Part shown: one piece after another, positions 27,696 to 37,499 of the stretch | Layout of the letters: each line of letters starts with the position of its first letter | Numbering within the stretch: the stretch's first letter is position 1 | Origin: Thermoplasmatales archaeon | GTDB taxonomy: Archaea; Thermoplasmatota; E2; UBA202; JdFR-43 | NCBI GenBank assembly: GCA_014361245.1 | Contig: JACIWB010000001.1 | Coordinates: 70,622-130,720 of the forward strand | Reading direction: 5' to 3' | Length of the DNA: 60,099 nt | The notes under the pieces: generated by a model | Databases searched by the model: none | What the model saw: only the letters and a program-made list of their open reading frames with translations | What the model was told of the DNA's origin: nothing | Position numbers and translations under genes: made by a program

Positions 27696-29336
27696 TTATC
27701 TGAAAACAATTACCGGGCATTCTTCCATGCAATCCAGGCAATGAATACATTTGTCATTTATCCACGCCTTCCCATCTTTCAAATAGATTGCTCCTTGCTT
27801 GCATTTTGAAATGCAAACGCCGCAGCCAACGCAATTTATTGCTCTATAAATCAAATCTTTTACTATTTCCTCATTTCTTTCTTCCCCCAGCATTCTCATA
27901 AAATTATTTACCCTTTCTTCATTTCCTTCTACTTTATATTCTCTTTCTATTTTTATTTCATATGATTTACCAGCCCATTTTGGTGTTTTTCTCCATCTCC
28001 ATAAGCCAAGACTAAGCCATTCTTCTGGCAAATTATTCTTTTTTGAAAAATTTATTAGAAATTCGTTGAAATCATTCCATTTTTCATGCTTTTTAATCTC
28101 AAACTCCGCCAAATCACATGCGGGGCAAAGCCAGCAACCAATTCTGCTAAATCCCTCTTCGTATAACCTATTCCATTTCGCTTTTTTGTTGAATAAATAT
28201 AGCCAAACATGCATTGCACTCCACTGCTGGATTGGAGAAGCCCCTATCTGTCCTTCAACCCATGGATTTTTCCAAATACTACCATGCTTTTCCCTTCCAA
28301 AAGATTCATATCTCCTCTGTCCTATAAAAGAAAGAACACCTGAACCAAAATTTTTTCTTATAGTTTTTGCAGCAACACCTAACTTGCATGTCTTACAGCA
28401 CCATCTATAATCCCTTGCTGGGGGACCAAAAAAATCTAGGCATTCCCAGAATATATCGCTCGCACTTTCCTCTATTAAATTAATTCCATAGTTATCTGCA
28501 ACTTCATATACATGCCTCTTTGTTTCCTCAAATTCCAGGCCTGTATCTATAAATAGCATTGGAAATTCATGCCCGCTTTCCATAACTAAAAGGAGAGTTG
28601 CCAAGCTATCCTTCCCTCCACTGAATGATACGCTTTTTGGCATATTGTAGGCCTTAACAACTTTTTCAATAAATGAAAATGCTTTTCTTTCCATTTCTTC
28701 TATAACATTTGCATTTTCTTCAATTACTCCCTTCCACCCTCTATCCTTCTTTCTCTCAGCCTTTTCAATTCCTCTCCATCTTACCTTAACCGCCATTCCT
28801 CTTTCCATTTCATCTGCATTCATTCTTGCTTTTCCAGTTGCAATAACCTCTCCTTCTTTATTAAAAATAATTACTTCATCTCCTTTCCTTATTTCTCCGT
28901 CAATTTCAACTATGCCTGGAGACATCAAATTTGATGTTTTCAGTATTGCATCTTCTGCTCCTTTATCCACAATAACATACCCTTTATTTACTTCAAGTAG
29001 GGATGCATACCATGGGCGTGGCTGGAAAAAAAATTTTCTGCAGAAAATATCATAATAAAAAATTCCAGCAACCCTGCCATCTATTATCACTTCGTCGCTT
29101 CTATCTATTGAAGGAATGCTATTTAAAATTGTATTTTCTGGAAGATAAAAGTCGCCAAATTCCTCAGTAATTTTTTTCTTTATCATCTTTCTATCAAAAT
29201 CAAACGAAGGGCGCACATCGCCCGGAGGCGTGAGTCTAACTTCCTTTGCAATATTTCCACAGGAGCATTTATCCTTTAAAATAGGGATATTGCATTCATC
29301 ACAGTATTTAAGTGATATTTTTCCGAGATAAATCAC
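27696..29336 (-). CDS. Zn-ribbon + PUA + PAPS-reductase-like (PP-loop ATPase) + 2x[4Fe-4S] ferredoxin fusion protein
   Basis: The N-terminus has CDECNIPILKDKCSC. A PUA-like segment follows (GYVIVDKGAEDAILKTSNLMSPGIV), then the PP-loop SFSGGKDS, then RIGCWLCPAC. The C-terminus has CVGCGVCISKC and CIHCLDCMEECP. Confidence 0.85.
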   Translation of the reverse strand: MIYLGKISLKYCDECNIPILKDKCSCGNIAKEVRLTPPGDVRPSFDFDRKMIKKKITEEFGDFYLPENTILNSIPSIDRSDEVIIDGRVAGIFYYDIFCRKFFFQPRPWYASLLEVNKGYVIVDKGAEDAILKTSNLMSPGIVEIDGEIRKGDEVIIFNKEGEVIATGKARMNADEMERGMAVKVRWRGIEKAERKKDRGWKGVIEENANVIEEMERKAFSFIEKVVKAYNMPKSVSFSGGKDSLATLLLVMESGHEFPMLFIDTGLEFEETKRHVYEVADNYGINLIEESASDIFWECLDFFGPPARDYRWCCKTCKLGVAAKTIRKNFGSGVLSFIGQRRYESFGREKHGSIWKNPWVEGQIGASPIQQWSAMHVWLYLFNKKAKWNRLYEEGFSRIGCWLCPACDLAEFEIKKHEKWNDFNEFLINFSKKNNLPEEWLSLGLWRWRKTPKWAGKSYEIKIEREYKVEGNEERVNNFMRMLGEERNEEIVKDLIYRAINCVGCGVCISKCKQGAIYLKDGKAWINDKCIHCLDCMEECPVIVFR

Positions 29337-29537
29337 AAGAATAAAGGAAGCATATATAATAAGGATTTCTAAACCAGCAATAAAATAGGAAATTCTGCGG
29401 TTCTTTTTCCAATAAAAGTTTATTTTGAAGCTGGAGGAAAAGAAGGAATAGTTATTTTTGGCTTTGTTATATTTTTAACAAATGAAGAAAAATTGCAAAT
29501 TTCGAAATATTTTAAATAAAGAAAAATAATTAAATTA

Positions 29538-30467
29538 ATGGTGGTTGCGATCTCTCCAGGAAAAATTATTCTTTTTGGGGAACATGGAGTTGTATATGGC
29601 AAACCATGCTTATCTGCTGCAATCTCCCTTAAAGTTGCAGTTAGTATTGAAGAAAGTGAATCAATGAAAGTAAATAATGAGCCGTTAAATGAAAAAAAGC
29701 ATTCCTACATATCAAAAGCCATAGAAAAAATATGGAAAGGAGGAAATATATCAATTTCAACTTTTTCTCAAATTCCATCAGCAAGCGGGCTCGGCTCATC
29801 ATCGGCATTAACAACCGCTTGTGTTGCATCACTGCTCTCAATGAATGAAAATTTCAGCATTTCTGAAACTGCAAGAAAAAGTTTTGAAGTAGAATATGAA
29901 GTTCAGAAAATAGCAAGCCCGAACGATACTTCGGTATGCGCAAATGGAGGCGCAATTTTTGTTTCATGTAAAAAAGAAGAAAATTTTTTATGGGATATAG
30001 AGAAAGAGGGTAAAAAATGGTATGTTCATTCTGTAAACGCCCCTCAGATGAATTTTGTTATTGCAAGCACTGGTATAAAATCAAAAACACCTCTGCTTAT
30101 TAGGAAAGTAGAGAAGTTTGTAAGGCAATCATCCTTTGCAAAAGAATTGATGGAGGACTTGGAAGATATAGTTATAGAGGGTAAAAAATCTCTCGAAAAA
30201 AATGATTATGTCAAGCTCGGCGAACTGATGAACAAAAATCAGAAAATCCTACATACCATGGGGGCAAGCTCAAAAGAAATCGAAAAATTAACAACCATTG
30301 CAAAGAAAGCGGGCGCGTATGGCGCAAAACTCACAGGCGCAGGCGGGGGCGGGAGCGTAATAGCAATTGGGGACGAGCCAGAAAAGATTGTTAGGAATAT
30401 AAATAAAATGGGCGGTAACGCATTTGTTGTATCTATTGCAAAGGAAGGGGTAAAAGTGTGGAATTAA
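29538..30467 (+). CDS. mvk: Mevalonate kinase
   Basis: SPGKIILFGEHGVVYGKP, the GHMP motif IPSASGLGSSSALTTA, and KLTGAGGGGSVIA are present. Confidence 0.92.
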   Translation: MVVAISPGKIILFGEHGVVYGKPCLSAAISLKVAVSIEESESMKVNNEPLNEKKHSYISKAIEKIWKGGNISISTFSQIPSASGLGSSSALTTACVASLLSMNENFSISETARKSFEVEYEVQKIASPNDTSVCANGGAIFVSCKKEENFLWDIEKEGKKWYVHSVNAPQMNFVIASTGIKSKTPLLIRKVEKFVRQSSFAKELMEDLEDIVIEGKKSLEKNDYVKLGELMNKNQKILHTMGASSKEIEKLTTIAKKAGAYGAKLTGAGGGGSVIAIGDEPEKIVRNINKMGGNAFVVSIAKEGVKVWN

Positions 30468-30509
30468 ATTTTTCATAAAGGATTTATATTTGGAGCAATA
30501 TATCTGGGG

Positions 30510-31781
30510 ATGGAAAGCGTATTGGATAAAATAAAGAGTGGTAAAATAAAATGGGTGCAGTTGCATTTTGTTGATTTAATGGGAAAACTAAGAGTGTTAC
30601 ATATTCCTTCGAGTAAATTTATCAAGGAAAAAATATTTGAAAACGGTATAAATTTTGATGGTTCATCTGTTGGTATCAGCAAAGTAGAGAAATCGGATAT
30701 GATATTAATTCCAGATAAGGAAACATTTTCTATCCTTCCACATGAGAATGGTGAGGCAAGAATTATGGCAGATATATATGATACAGATCTTAAACCATCT
30801 CCTTTTGATTCGAGAGGAATTCTCAAAAAAGCATTGAAAGAGCTTAAGGAATATGAAATAAAAATATCTCCCGAAATGGAATTTTATGTTATTAAGGAGA
30901 GACAGGACACACCAAAAAAGGGAGGATATTTTGCTCCTCCTCCTTTTGATGAAATGAAAAATTTCAGGAAAGATTTATCTGATGTTTTAATTCAGAGTGG
31001 CTACAATGTTAAATATCACCACCATGAAACAGGTTCAAATCAGCATGAAATTGAGGTAAGTGAGATGAATGCAGTTTCTTCAGCAGATTTCTGTATATAT
31101 TTTAAATACATTTCTAGGGAAATTGCAAAAAAATATGGAATAAAAATCACTTTTATGCCAAAGCCATTTTCTGATGATGCGGGGAGCGGAATGCATATTC
31201 ATATTTCATTTTATAAAAACGGAAAAAATGTTTTTTATGATAAGAATGATGAATATGGATTGAGTAAAATTGCGAGATTTTTTATAGGAGGAATACTGCA
31301 TCATGCAAGAGGTATCTCTCTCTTATCCAATCCAACAGTAAATTCCTATAAAAGACTTGTTCCAAATTTTGAGGCGCCTGTTTATGTGGCGTGGGCTAGA
31401 TACAATAGAAGCAGTTTGATAAGGATACCTGCAAAAAAGGAGGTTGATATAGAGATAAGGAATGGTGACCCATCTGCAAATCCCTATCTATTTTTTTCAG
31501 CGGTCTTATATGCTGGAATAGATGGGATAAGAAATAAAATTGAATATGAACCAGTTGAGGAAAATATATATAAAATGGATGATAGAGAAATCAAGAGGAA
31601 GAGAATAAAAAAACTACCATCAACACTTCTTGAAGCAATAGAAGAATTTGAGAAAGATGATATTATAAGGAAAGCGATTGGAGAGGCATCTGATGCTATA
31701 ATTGAGAGAAAAAGGAGAGAATGGAATGAATACATGACGGAAATAACATCAGTGGATTATAATTTTTATATGGACTGCTGA
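30510..31781 (+). CDS. glnA: Glutamine synthetase, type I (short archaeal form)
   Basis: VQLHFVDLMGKLR, PEMEFYV, HHHETGSNQHEI, GSGMHIHIS, NSYKRLVP..EAP and NRSSLIRIP are present. Confidence 0.92.
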   Translation: MESVLDKIKSGKIKWVQLHFVDLMGKLRVLHIPSSKFIKEKIFENGINFDGSSVGISKVEKSDMILIPDKETFSILPHENGEARIMADIYDTDLKPSPFDSRGILKKALKELKEYEIKISPEMEFYVIKERQDTPKKGGYFAPPPFDEMKNFRKDLSDVLIQSGYNVKYHHHETGSNQHEIEVSEMNAVSSADFCIYFKYISREIAKKYGIKITFMPKPFSDDAGSGMHIHISFYKNGKNVFYDKNDEYGLSKIARFFIGGILHHARGISLLSNPTVNSYKRLVPNFEAPVYVAWARYNRSSLIRIPAKKEVDIEIRNGDPSANPYLFFSAVLYAGIDGIRNKIEYEPVEENIYKMDDREIKRKRIKKLPSTLLEAIEEFEKDDIIRKAIGEASDAIIERKRREWNEYMTEITSVDYNFYMDC

Positions 31782-31790
31782 ATTTGATGG

Positions 31791-32690
31791 GGTCCGTAGA
31801 ACAAAAGAAAAAGATTAAATTTCTTTATTTATTTTAAAAGGAGGGAATGGGATGAACTGGAAAGAAACAGATAAAAGATTAATTGAATTTGGAAAAGAAA
31901 TGGTAGAGGGAGCATGCAATGCTCTAAAAATAGATGAGGAAAAATGGAAAAAAGAATTGGAAGAGATGAATAAAGGGAAAAGAGGAGCACAATATAAAAT
32001 ACCTGCTTCTTTAATTTCAATGGCCTCAGCTTTCTACACATTTTTACCCTATCGCGAATTAGCAGGCTTGATTAACTCCTTGTTTGGAAAAAATTTTCAT
32101 AGATTCAACAGGTTTTTCAATAATAAGAAAAGGAAATTGGAAGACAATAAAATTTAAGGAAAAAAACACTAGAAAATGGTATAAGCTCCATAAATTATGC
32201 AATAGCAAAGGAGAAATAGTAGCTTTTGCCATAACTGAAGGAGATGTAAATGATTCCTCTCTTTTTGAAGATTTTATAGAGCATATACCCGCTGGCTCTA
32301 CAATTTATGGAGATAAAGCATATTTTTCAAGAAAGAATTATAATATTGCTGAAAAGAAGGGAATAATATTTCATTCCCCTCCTAAGAAAAATGCTTTAGC
32401 TAAATGTAGGGGAAGTAAAGAATTTGCAGAAGAAGTTAAATTGTATAATAGGATATGAAAAATGGGCAGAAATTATAGAGAAAGATTTAACAAAGAATAT
32501 GTTTTTTCAAGATTGAAAACAATATTTGGAGAAAACATAAGAGCAATTACTCTTACTGGAATTGCTGTTACTCTCATGAACATGATTACTTTGTGCAATA
32601 AAGTAATTTAAAAAATTAACTTTAAGAAATAAGCAAAAATGATTAAAGGCAAAAATAGCAGGAATTTATCTTTATTTATTCTACATGCCC
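31791..32690 (+). mobile_element. IS5-superfamily insertion sequence (~0.9 kb) with imperfect ~20-bp terminal inverted repeats; transposase inactivated
   Basis: The left end is GGTCCGTAGAACAAAAG (31791) and the right-end reverse complement is GGGCATGTAGAATAAATAAA (32690..32671). A second left end, GGTCTTGTAGAATAAAAG at 35353, matches 16/20. The element starts 10 nt after the glnA stop. Confidence 0.7.
31852..32611 (+). pseudogene. IS5-type DDE transposase, disrupted by one +1 frame change at an A6T4 run (~32087-32096) and one in-frame TGA (32456-32458)
   Basis: The DDE landmarks are split over three pieces: FIDSTGFSI, TIYGDKAYFSRKNY and, after the TGA, KMGRNYRERFNKEYVFSRLKTIFGENIRA (the Y..R..E..F..LK motif). 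The last segment is in the same frame as 32084..32458. Confidence 0.75.
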
Positions 32691-32899
32691 AATTTACAGT
32701 TGTTCCGAATGTCATTTTTCGCCAAGGAATGACCATCTCAACAGATATAAATTGGGTTGAGAATTTTTAAACGAGGGATGTTTTAGCAAACAAAAACGCC
32801 AAGGAAAAAACGGTAATAATTTAATACCTCGACAAGATTCATGATGGCTCCCCGGAGGGGGCTTACTATATGAGGGTTTAAAACCCCAAACGCATTTAC

Positions 32900-33226
32900 T
32901 TGGTGATGAGTAGGAGAGTTAAAAAGGAGAAAGTGCATAACCCAAAGAGAAGGTATGAATATGCACTTAAACATCTTAACGCCTCTTCTATCCTGGATGG
33001 AAACAAAAAACACATAGAAAAATTTGCCAAGTCATGCATGGCTGAAGGGATAGGAAAGTTAAGAATAACAAAATACATCTATACTCTTACAAAAATCTCT
33101 GGGATGTTAAAAAAGGATTTTTATGAGGCAAACAAAGAAGATATTGAGCGAATTATTTATGAAATCGAGGAGAGCGATTTATCAGAGTGGAGCAAACATG
33201 ATTATAAGGCAACTCTGAAAAATTTT
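32900..33226 (+). pseudogene. N-terminal fragment (~109 aa) of an archaeal tyrosine integrase; catalytic domain missing
   Basis: KFAKSCMAEGIGKLRITKYIYTLTKISGMLKKDFYEANKEDIERIIYEIEESDLSEWSKHDYKATLKNF matches the N-terminal SAM-like domain pattern of archaeal integrases (..KY...L..I...L.KdF..at.eDie..v..Ie.s.ySeWtKhDYK..lKkFYkWL). Similarity stops at ~33226 and no R..HxxR..Y region follows. Confidence 0.6.
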
Positions 33227-33239
33227 ACTGGCAGACAAG

Positions 33240-35279
33240 TTAACTGCAAAAATCATAATTTTGATCTGTTACATGCGAAATCTGTGTTAGGATTCGGAAG
33301 TATTGTGATTGCTGCAATAGATAATAATACTCCAGAACAGCAGGTAAATTGAGGTTGAAATACTCAGTAAATAACTTAACTATAAAATAGACTGACCCCC
33401 CCCAATAATAGTAGGGTACAGTCATCTCTAAATAGCCCAGTACAGTCTCTCCTCTACTATCCTTTACTGCAACGCAAATTTCCCGAATGCCAGGTGTTTC
33501 ATAGGAAACTTTAATAGTGTTGTTTTCTAACCAATCTGTATCCCATCCGTCTGGATTAAGAAGGTGGTTAAAGTTCCATCTATAAATATATGGTGGTTTA
33601 CCCCCATATGCAACTGCCTTTAAAGTTACTGTTTGACCGACTTTTATTTTTTCAGGACCCTCTATATGAACACCCATAGGAGGATAATCTATTGAAACAG
33701 TGGTTGAATCTATATCATAATCTCCTTCATTATCATACACGCGCAATTTAACAGTATACCTGCCTATCTGAGTATATTTATATGTGGGTTTATCACCTAT
33801 GTCATTATGCCAATTATCACCATCATAGAACATCCAATCATACCGATCAATGCAGCACCCGTTTTCATCATTATCATGGCTTTTTGCCCCGTTAAAATGA
33901 ACATATTGATTGATATATCCATAGTAAGGTCCCCCGGCATCAGCTGTTGGCGGATTCCTTTTTTCAATCACTGTAACGTTTAATCCAGAGGACCAGTCAC
34001 TTTCGCCATACGCATCTTTTGCTTTAACCTTGATAGTGTAAGTTCCTATATTGGTCCATTGATGAGTAAGAGTTTTTGGCACTCCTTGATCACATTTTTC
34101 TGTCCAACCACTATCGGTTCCATCTCCCCAGTCAAACAAATATTTAACAGTATCTCCTTCATAATCATAGGCTGTAGCTGAATACTCATATTCCTGATTT
34201 GTATGTACTTCTGTTGGCCCAGTAGGTGGAAGGGGTATGCCCGGAGGAGAATTGATAATGTTGATTCGGATTTTACCTGTTTTGTTACCGTAACTAGAGT
34301 TTATATAGATATTCCCTTCATGTAATCCATATCCTAACCTCGATGTATTCACTACAACAGCCCCAGGCCAAACAAAAGAGCGTGGCGCTGGTGCATATGG
34401 AGGGAATACACTCATCCAATCACTGTCATCGCTAGTTTTAAAATAAAGTACACCTATTCCCCCATTCCAAACACTAAAGTTGAAAACATAATATTGGTCT
34501 TTTAGGCAATCCCCAAAATCATGATCTGGCGGATTTGGAGATACTCGAAGAAGAGGAGATTTGGAGTTATCTGGTTGTATTGAAACATAATTCAATTTTC
34601 CCACGGTGTCGGCAACACAAGACTGAAAGCTTGCCAGATAACCTGCAACAAGCGGATAGCATATTATGCCAGCTTGAATTTTAATGTTTTTTCCTTCTTC
34701 AACATAAACTGGTGATGAACTTATATGTACGTTTCCATCATAGTTTGTATTAAAATAGTTAAATGGCATAGCATTAATAGCCTCAACAATTTGTTCATAT
34801 GCAAACAAAACTTCATTAGCTTCGGTATCTATTATATTAAAAAATACCTTTATCGTAAAAACTCCTACAGTCTCCGTTCCCCCTCCAGCTAAGTTTACCC
34901 AGCCAGAGTAATCATAATCGAATGTAAACGTAACATAATCATTATCAGTCGGATACCAATTCACTACATTCCAACATGCCTGATAACCACTCAGCACACC
35001 AACAACAGCTGATGCACAGTTGGTAACAATTCTTACATCGTTTAGTGTGCCTTCTTCCCATCCTAGATCCCACCCTACCGCACCTCCAATATTCCTGTCC
35101 GAGTTCCAACCATCCCAGGGAGGATACAAAGTATCTTCTGATAAGTCACTACTATTACTTGCATTAGATATACCTATAAAAAATCTTCCATGATTATTCT
35201 CTGTATTTACGTTTATGGTGCTGTTGTAAATAATCATCAGCAGTAAACATATCAATACTCCCCATATTTTACTTTTCAC
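33240..35279 (-). CDS. Secreted PKD-domain surface protein (679 aa in track; true 3' end uncertain)
   Basis: It has the signal peptide MKSKIWGVLICLLLMIIY. PKD-type modules include YLFDWGDGTDSGWTE..THQWTNIGTYTIKVKAKDAYGESDWSS and YDWMFYDGDNWHNDIGDKPTYKYTQIGRYTVKLRVYDNEG. The last ~45 codons overlap the integrase fragment and read like non-coding read-through. Confidence 0.75.
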   Translation of the reverse strand: MKSKIWGVLICLLLMIIYNSTINVNTENNHGRFFIGISNASNSSDLSEDTLYPPWDGWNSDRNIGGAVGWDLGWEEGTLNDVRIVTNCASAVVGVLSGYQACWNVVNWYPTDNDYVTFTFDYDYSGWVNLAGGGTETVGVFTIKVFFNIIDTEANEVLFAYEQIVEAINAMPFNYFNTNYDGNVHISSSPVYVEEGKNIKIQAGIICYPLVAGYLASFQSCVADTVGKLNYVSIQPDNSKSPLLRVSPNPPDHDFGDCLKDQYYVFNFSVWNGGIGVLYFKTSDDSDWMSVFPPYAPAPRSFVWPGAVVVNTSRLGYGLHEGNIYINSSYGNKTGKIRINIINSPPGIPLPPTGPTEVHTNQEYEYSATAYDYEGDTVKYLFDWGDGTDSGWTEKCDQGVPKTLTHQWTNIGTYTIKVKAKDAYGESDWSSGLNVTVIEKRNPPTADAGGPYYGYINQYVHFNGAKSHDNDENGCCIDRYDWMFYDGDNWHNDIGDKPTYKYTQIGRYTVKLRVYDNEGDYDIDSTTVSIDYPPMGVHIEGPEKIKVGQTVTLKAVAYGGKPPYIYRWNFNHLLNPDGWDTDWLENNTIKVSYETPGIREICVAVKDSRGETVLGYLEMTVPYYYWGGSVYFIVKLFTEYFNLNLPAVLEYYYLLQQSQYFRILTQISHVTDQNYDFCS

Positions 35280-35352
35280 ATTATCTCCCCCTCATCTATC
35301 CACCCATTAATTATTAATACATAAAATTATTTATAAAGTTTTCGGTGCAGTT

Positions 35353-35650
35353 GGTCTTGTAGAATAAAAGAAAAAATTACAAACTAATTTTCTTTCTGTT
35401 CTATGAGGGGATGGGAATGAACTGGAAAGATAATATTAGATTGCTTATTGAAAATCTATTTGCATTTTTGGAGAAGTTGGGTGTCAAAAAAGCAAAATAT
35501 AGAGGAATTGATAGAGTAGCAGTTCAACTTTATATAACAGCGATTACCTCGAATTTAGTTAAAGGGGTGAAATTAATGATTAAGCAAGTAGAAGAAAAAA
35601 TTAGAGAATTAAATAAAAAAAATCAAAAATTGTTTACTGAATTGTGTTAA
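35353..35650 (+). mobile_element. Internally deleted remnant of a related IS5-type element (left TIR plus fused N-/C-terminal transposase pieces)
   Basis: GGTCTTGTAGAATAAAAGAAAAAATTA (35353) parallels GGTCCGTAGAACAAAAGAAAAAGATTA (31791). Both ORFs start MNWK(E/D). The C-terminal part FAFLEKLGVKKAKYRGIDRVAVQLYITAITSNLVK is the conserved IS5 C-terminus. I could not find a right end. Confidence 0.55.
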
Positions 35651-36002
35651 ATATTTTTCTTCTTTTTTATTTTTCAATTATAATTTTTAGCTACTTTTTC
35701 AAAGCATTCTCATATGCATCTTTCCACATATCAACTGTTTTTTGAATTTAAATTTTGCTTATTCTCTCGCCTCTCCTTCCGTAACAATATTATAAATCAC
35801 TTTCTCCACTCTTTCTATGGCATGAAGAACTTTTTCCAAGGGGCGTGCTTAGAGTTCAGGCGAGGAAAATATTATTTGCATTAGCGGAGTACCATAATTT
35901 TGCGAATAAAAGAAGAGGGGGATTATCCCAATAAAATAACTATAAATTCTCCTTCTTCATGGTTTTCTGCTGCTTATTGGTCGCAGTTTCTACTCCTATA
36001 GT

Positions 36003-36545
36003 TCACTTTACATCAAACAACTTCCTTATTTTCGCCAAATCATGATAACTCCACACTTTCTTATTTATCCTTTCCAATAATGCTTCCATTGCTTCCTCCT
36101 TCTTTTCAGGAATAAAAGCAATTCCTTTTCCCTTTACCCTCACCCATTGTATCTTTGGAAAGTGCTTTCTTAAAATGTAAACCTTTGTAGATGGATTTTT
36201 TGCATTGGTAAAAACATATCCTTTCTCCATTATTTCCTTCAACATTTCCCATGTTCTCTCGCCCAAGGTTTTGTTCCTCACTTTTATGTCTGAAGTATAT
36301 TTTATCACGATACAATAAGGAATGCCAAGTCTTCTTGCTACCTCTGCCTTGCAGCCCAATTCACGAACCATTTTCCTTATTTGCTCCACTTTTTCCTTTG
36401 TGTAAATATACCTTCTTGGAATATCTTTTGTAAAATGCTTCACAAGTCTGTAACTTATTTTCAATTCACGAGAAACTTGTGTTTTTGGCTTTCCAGATAA
36501 AACTTCATCCCTAATGCGGTTTATCAAATCTAAGGTTATTTGCAT
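36003..36545 (-). CDS. Hypothetical DNA-binding protein with two tandem helix-turn-helix-like units
   Basis: The internal repeat is GKPKTQVSRELKISYRLVKHFTKDI versus GCKAEVARRLGIPYCIVIKYTSDI. No family is recognised. Confidence 0.6.
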   Translation of the reverse strand: MQITLDLINRIRDEVLSGKPKTQVSRELKISYRLVKHFTKDIPRRYIYTKEKVEQIRKMVRELGCKAEVARRLGIPYCIVIKYTSDIKVRNKTLGERTWEMLKEIMEKGYVFTNAKNPSTKVYILRKHFPKIQWVRVKGKGIAFIPEKKEEAMEALLERINKKVWSYHDLAKIRKLFDVK

Positions 36546-36731
36546 TAATTAAAAATAAGCGATGCGGTTGTATATAAGGATTGTGGACTAAAATTTATAA
36601 AATAATTAATAACTCATAATTTATGAAACATATTTCATGCAATTAATGCACATATATTAAGTAAGAAAGTCTTGGAATGTTGTAAGTTATCCAAAATGGT
36701 AGGATTTATAAATAACAAGATAATTTTTTTT

Positions 36732-37499
36732 ATGCAAGGATTTGACGAAATAGTGGAAAAATTAAAGAAGATTAAAGAAAAGGGATTTGTTAAAACACAT
36801 AGAGCAGGCGATACTGGTGTTGGAAAAACTTTAGAAGATTTGTTAGGCATAAAAGAAAATAATGTGCCAGGTCCGAATGCCGAATTTATTGAACTAAAAT
36901 CAGCGAGAAAAAATACATCAAGCATGCTTACATTATTCACTAAACCACCTTTGCCTAAAAGCACAAATTCTAAACTTCTTCAAGAATTTGGATATGTTAC
37001 AAAAGATAGCAAAGGTAGAAAACGGTTAGAAACAACTGTAAATGCTGTAAGATATAACACCCTTCGAGGAGGAGTAGGTTTTAAAATAGACATTAAGAGA
37101 GATAGAATAGAGCTTGTGACAAAAGGGAGAGGAAAACCAGGATTACAAAATTTTTTTAACAATATCGCTAAAAGAGAAAGCGAAGAGGAAAGAGTTCTTG
37201 GATATTGGAAATATGATATACTAAAAAATAGTTTTGAAAGAAAATTACCACAAGTAATGTACGTTAAAGCAGAAGCAAGAGGTAAAGGTAGTGAAGAGGA
37301 ATTTTGGTATAATGAAGCATGGCTGTTAAGTGGGTTTGATTTCAAAGGTTTCAAAGAATTGCTCAAGGAAGGAGTTATTTTAGTTGATATAAGAATAGGA
37401 CAATATCCTGATGGACGACCACACGACCATGGAACGGCTTTTAGAGTTTTCAAAAATAATTTGGACAGATGTTTTAAAAACAGAATAAGGATAATATAA
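36732..37499 (+). CDS. Type II restriction endonuclease, MvaI/BcnI family (MutH-like)
   Basis: THRAGDTGVGKTLEDLLGIKENNVPGPNAEFIELKSARKNTSSMLTLFTK and DGRPHDHGTAFRV resemble the BcnI/MvaI landmarks as I remember them (GDLGEFELKG..LTLF..HDRGPHLRI). Start taken at ATG 36732 (MQGFDEIVEKL); the track ORF starts at 36672. Confidence 0.7.
   Translation: MQGFDEIVEKLKKIKEKGFVKTHRAGDTGVGKTLEDLLGIKENNVPGPNAEFIELKSARKNTSSMLTLFTKPPLPKSTNSKLLQEFGYVTKDSKGRKRLETTVNAVRYNTLRGGVGFKIDIKRDRIELVTKGRGKPGLQNFFNNIAKRESEEERVLGYWKYDILKNSFERKLPQVMYVKAEARGKGSEEEFWYNEAWLLSGFDFKGFKELLKEGVILVDIRIGQYPDGRPHDHGTAFRVFKNNLDRCFKNRIRII

Noticed and set aside
32084-32157. Programmed -1 ribosomal frameshift joining the two transposase ORFs
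   Set aside because: The required shift is +1, not -1. It occurs at a simple A6T4 homopolymer, and the gene carries an additional in-frame TGA. Decay or a sequencing error is more parsimonious.
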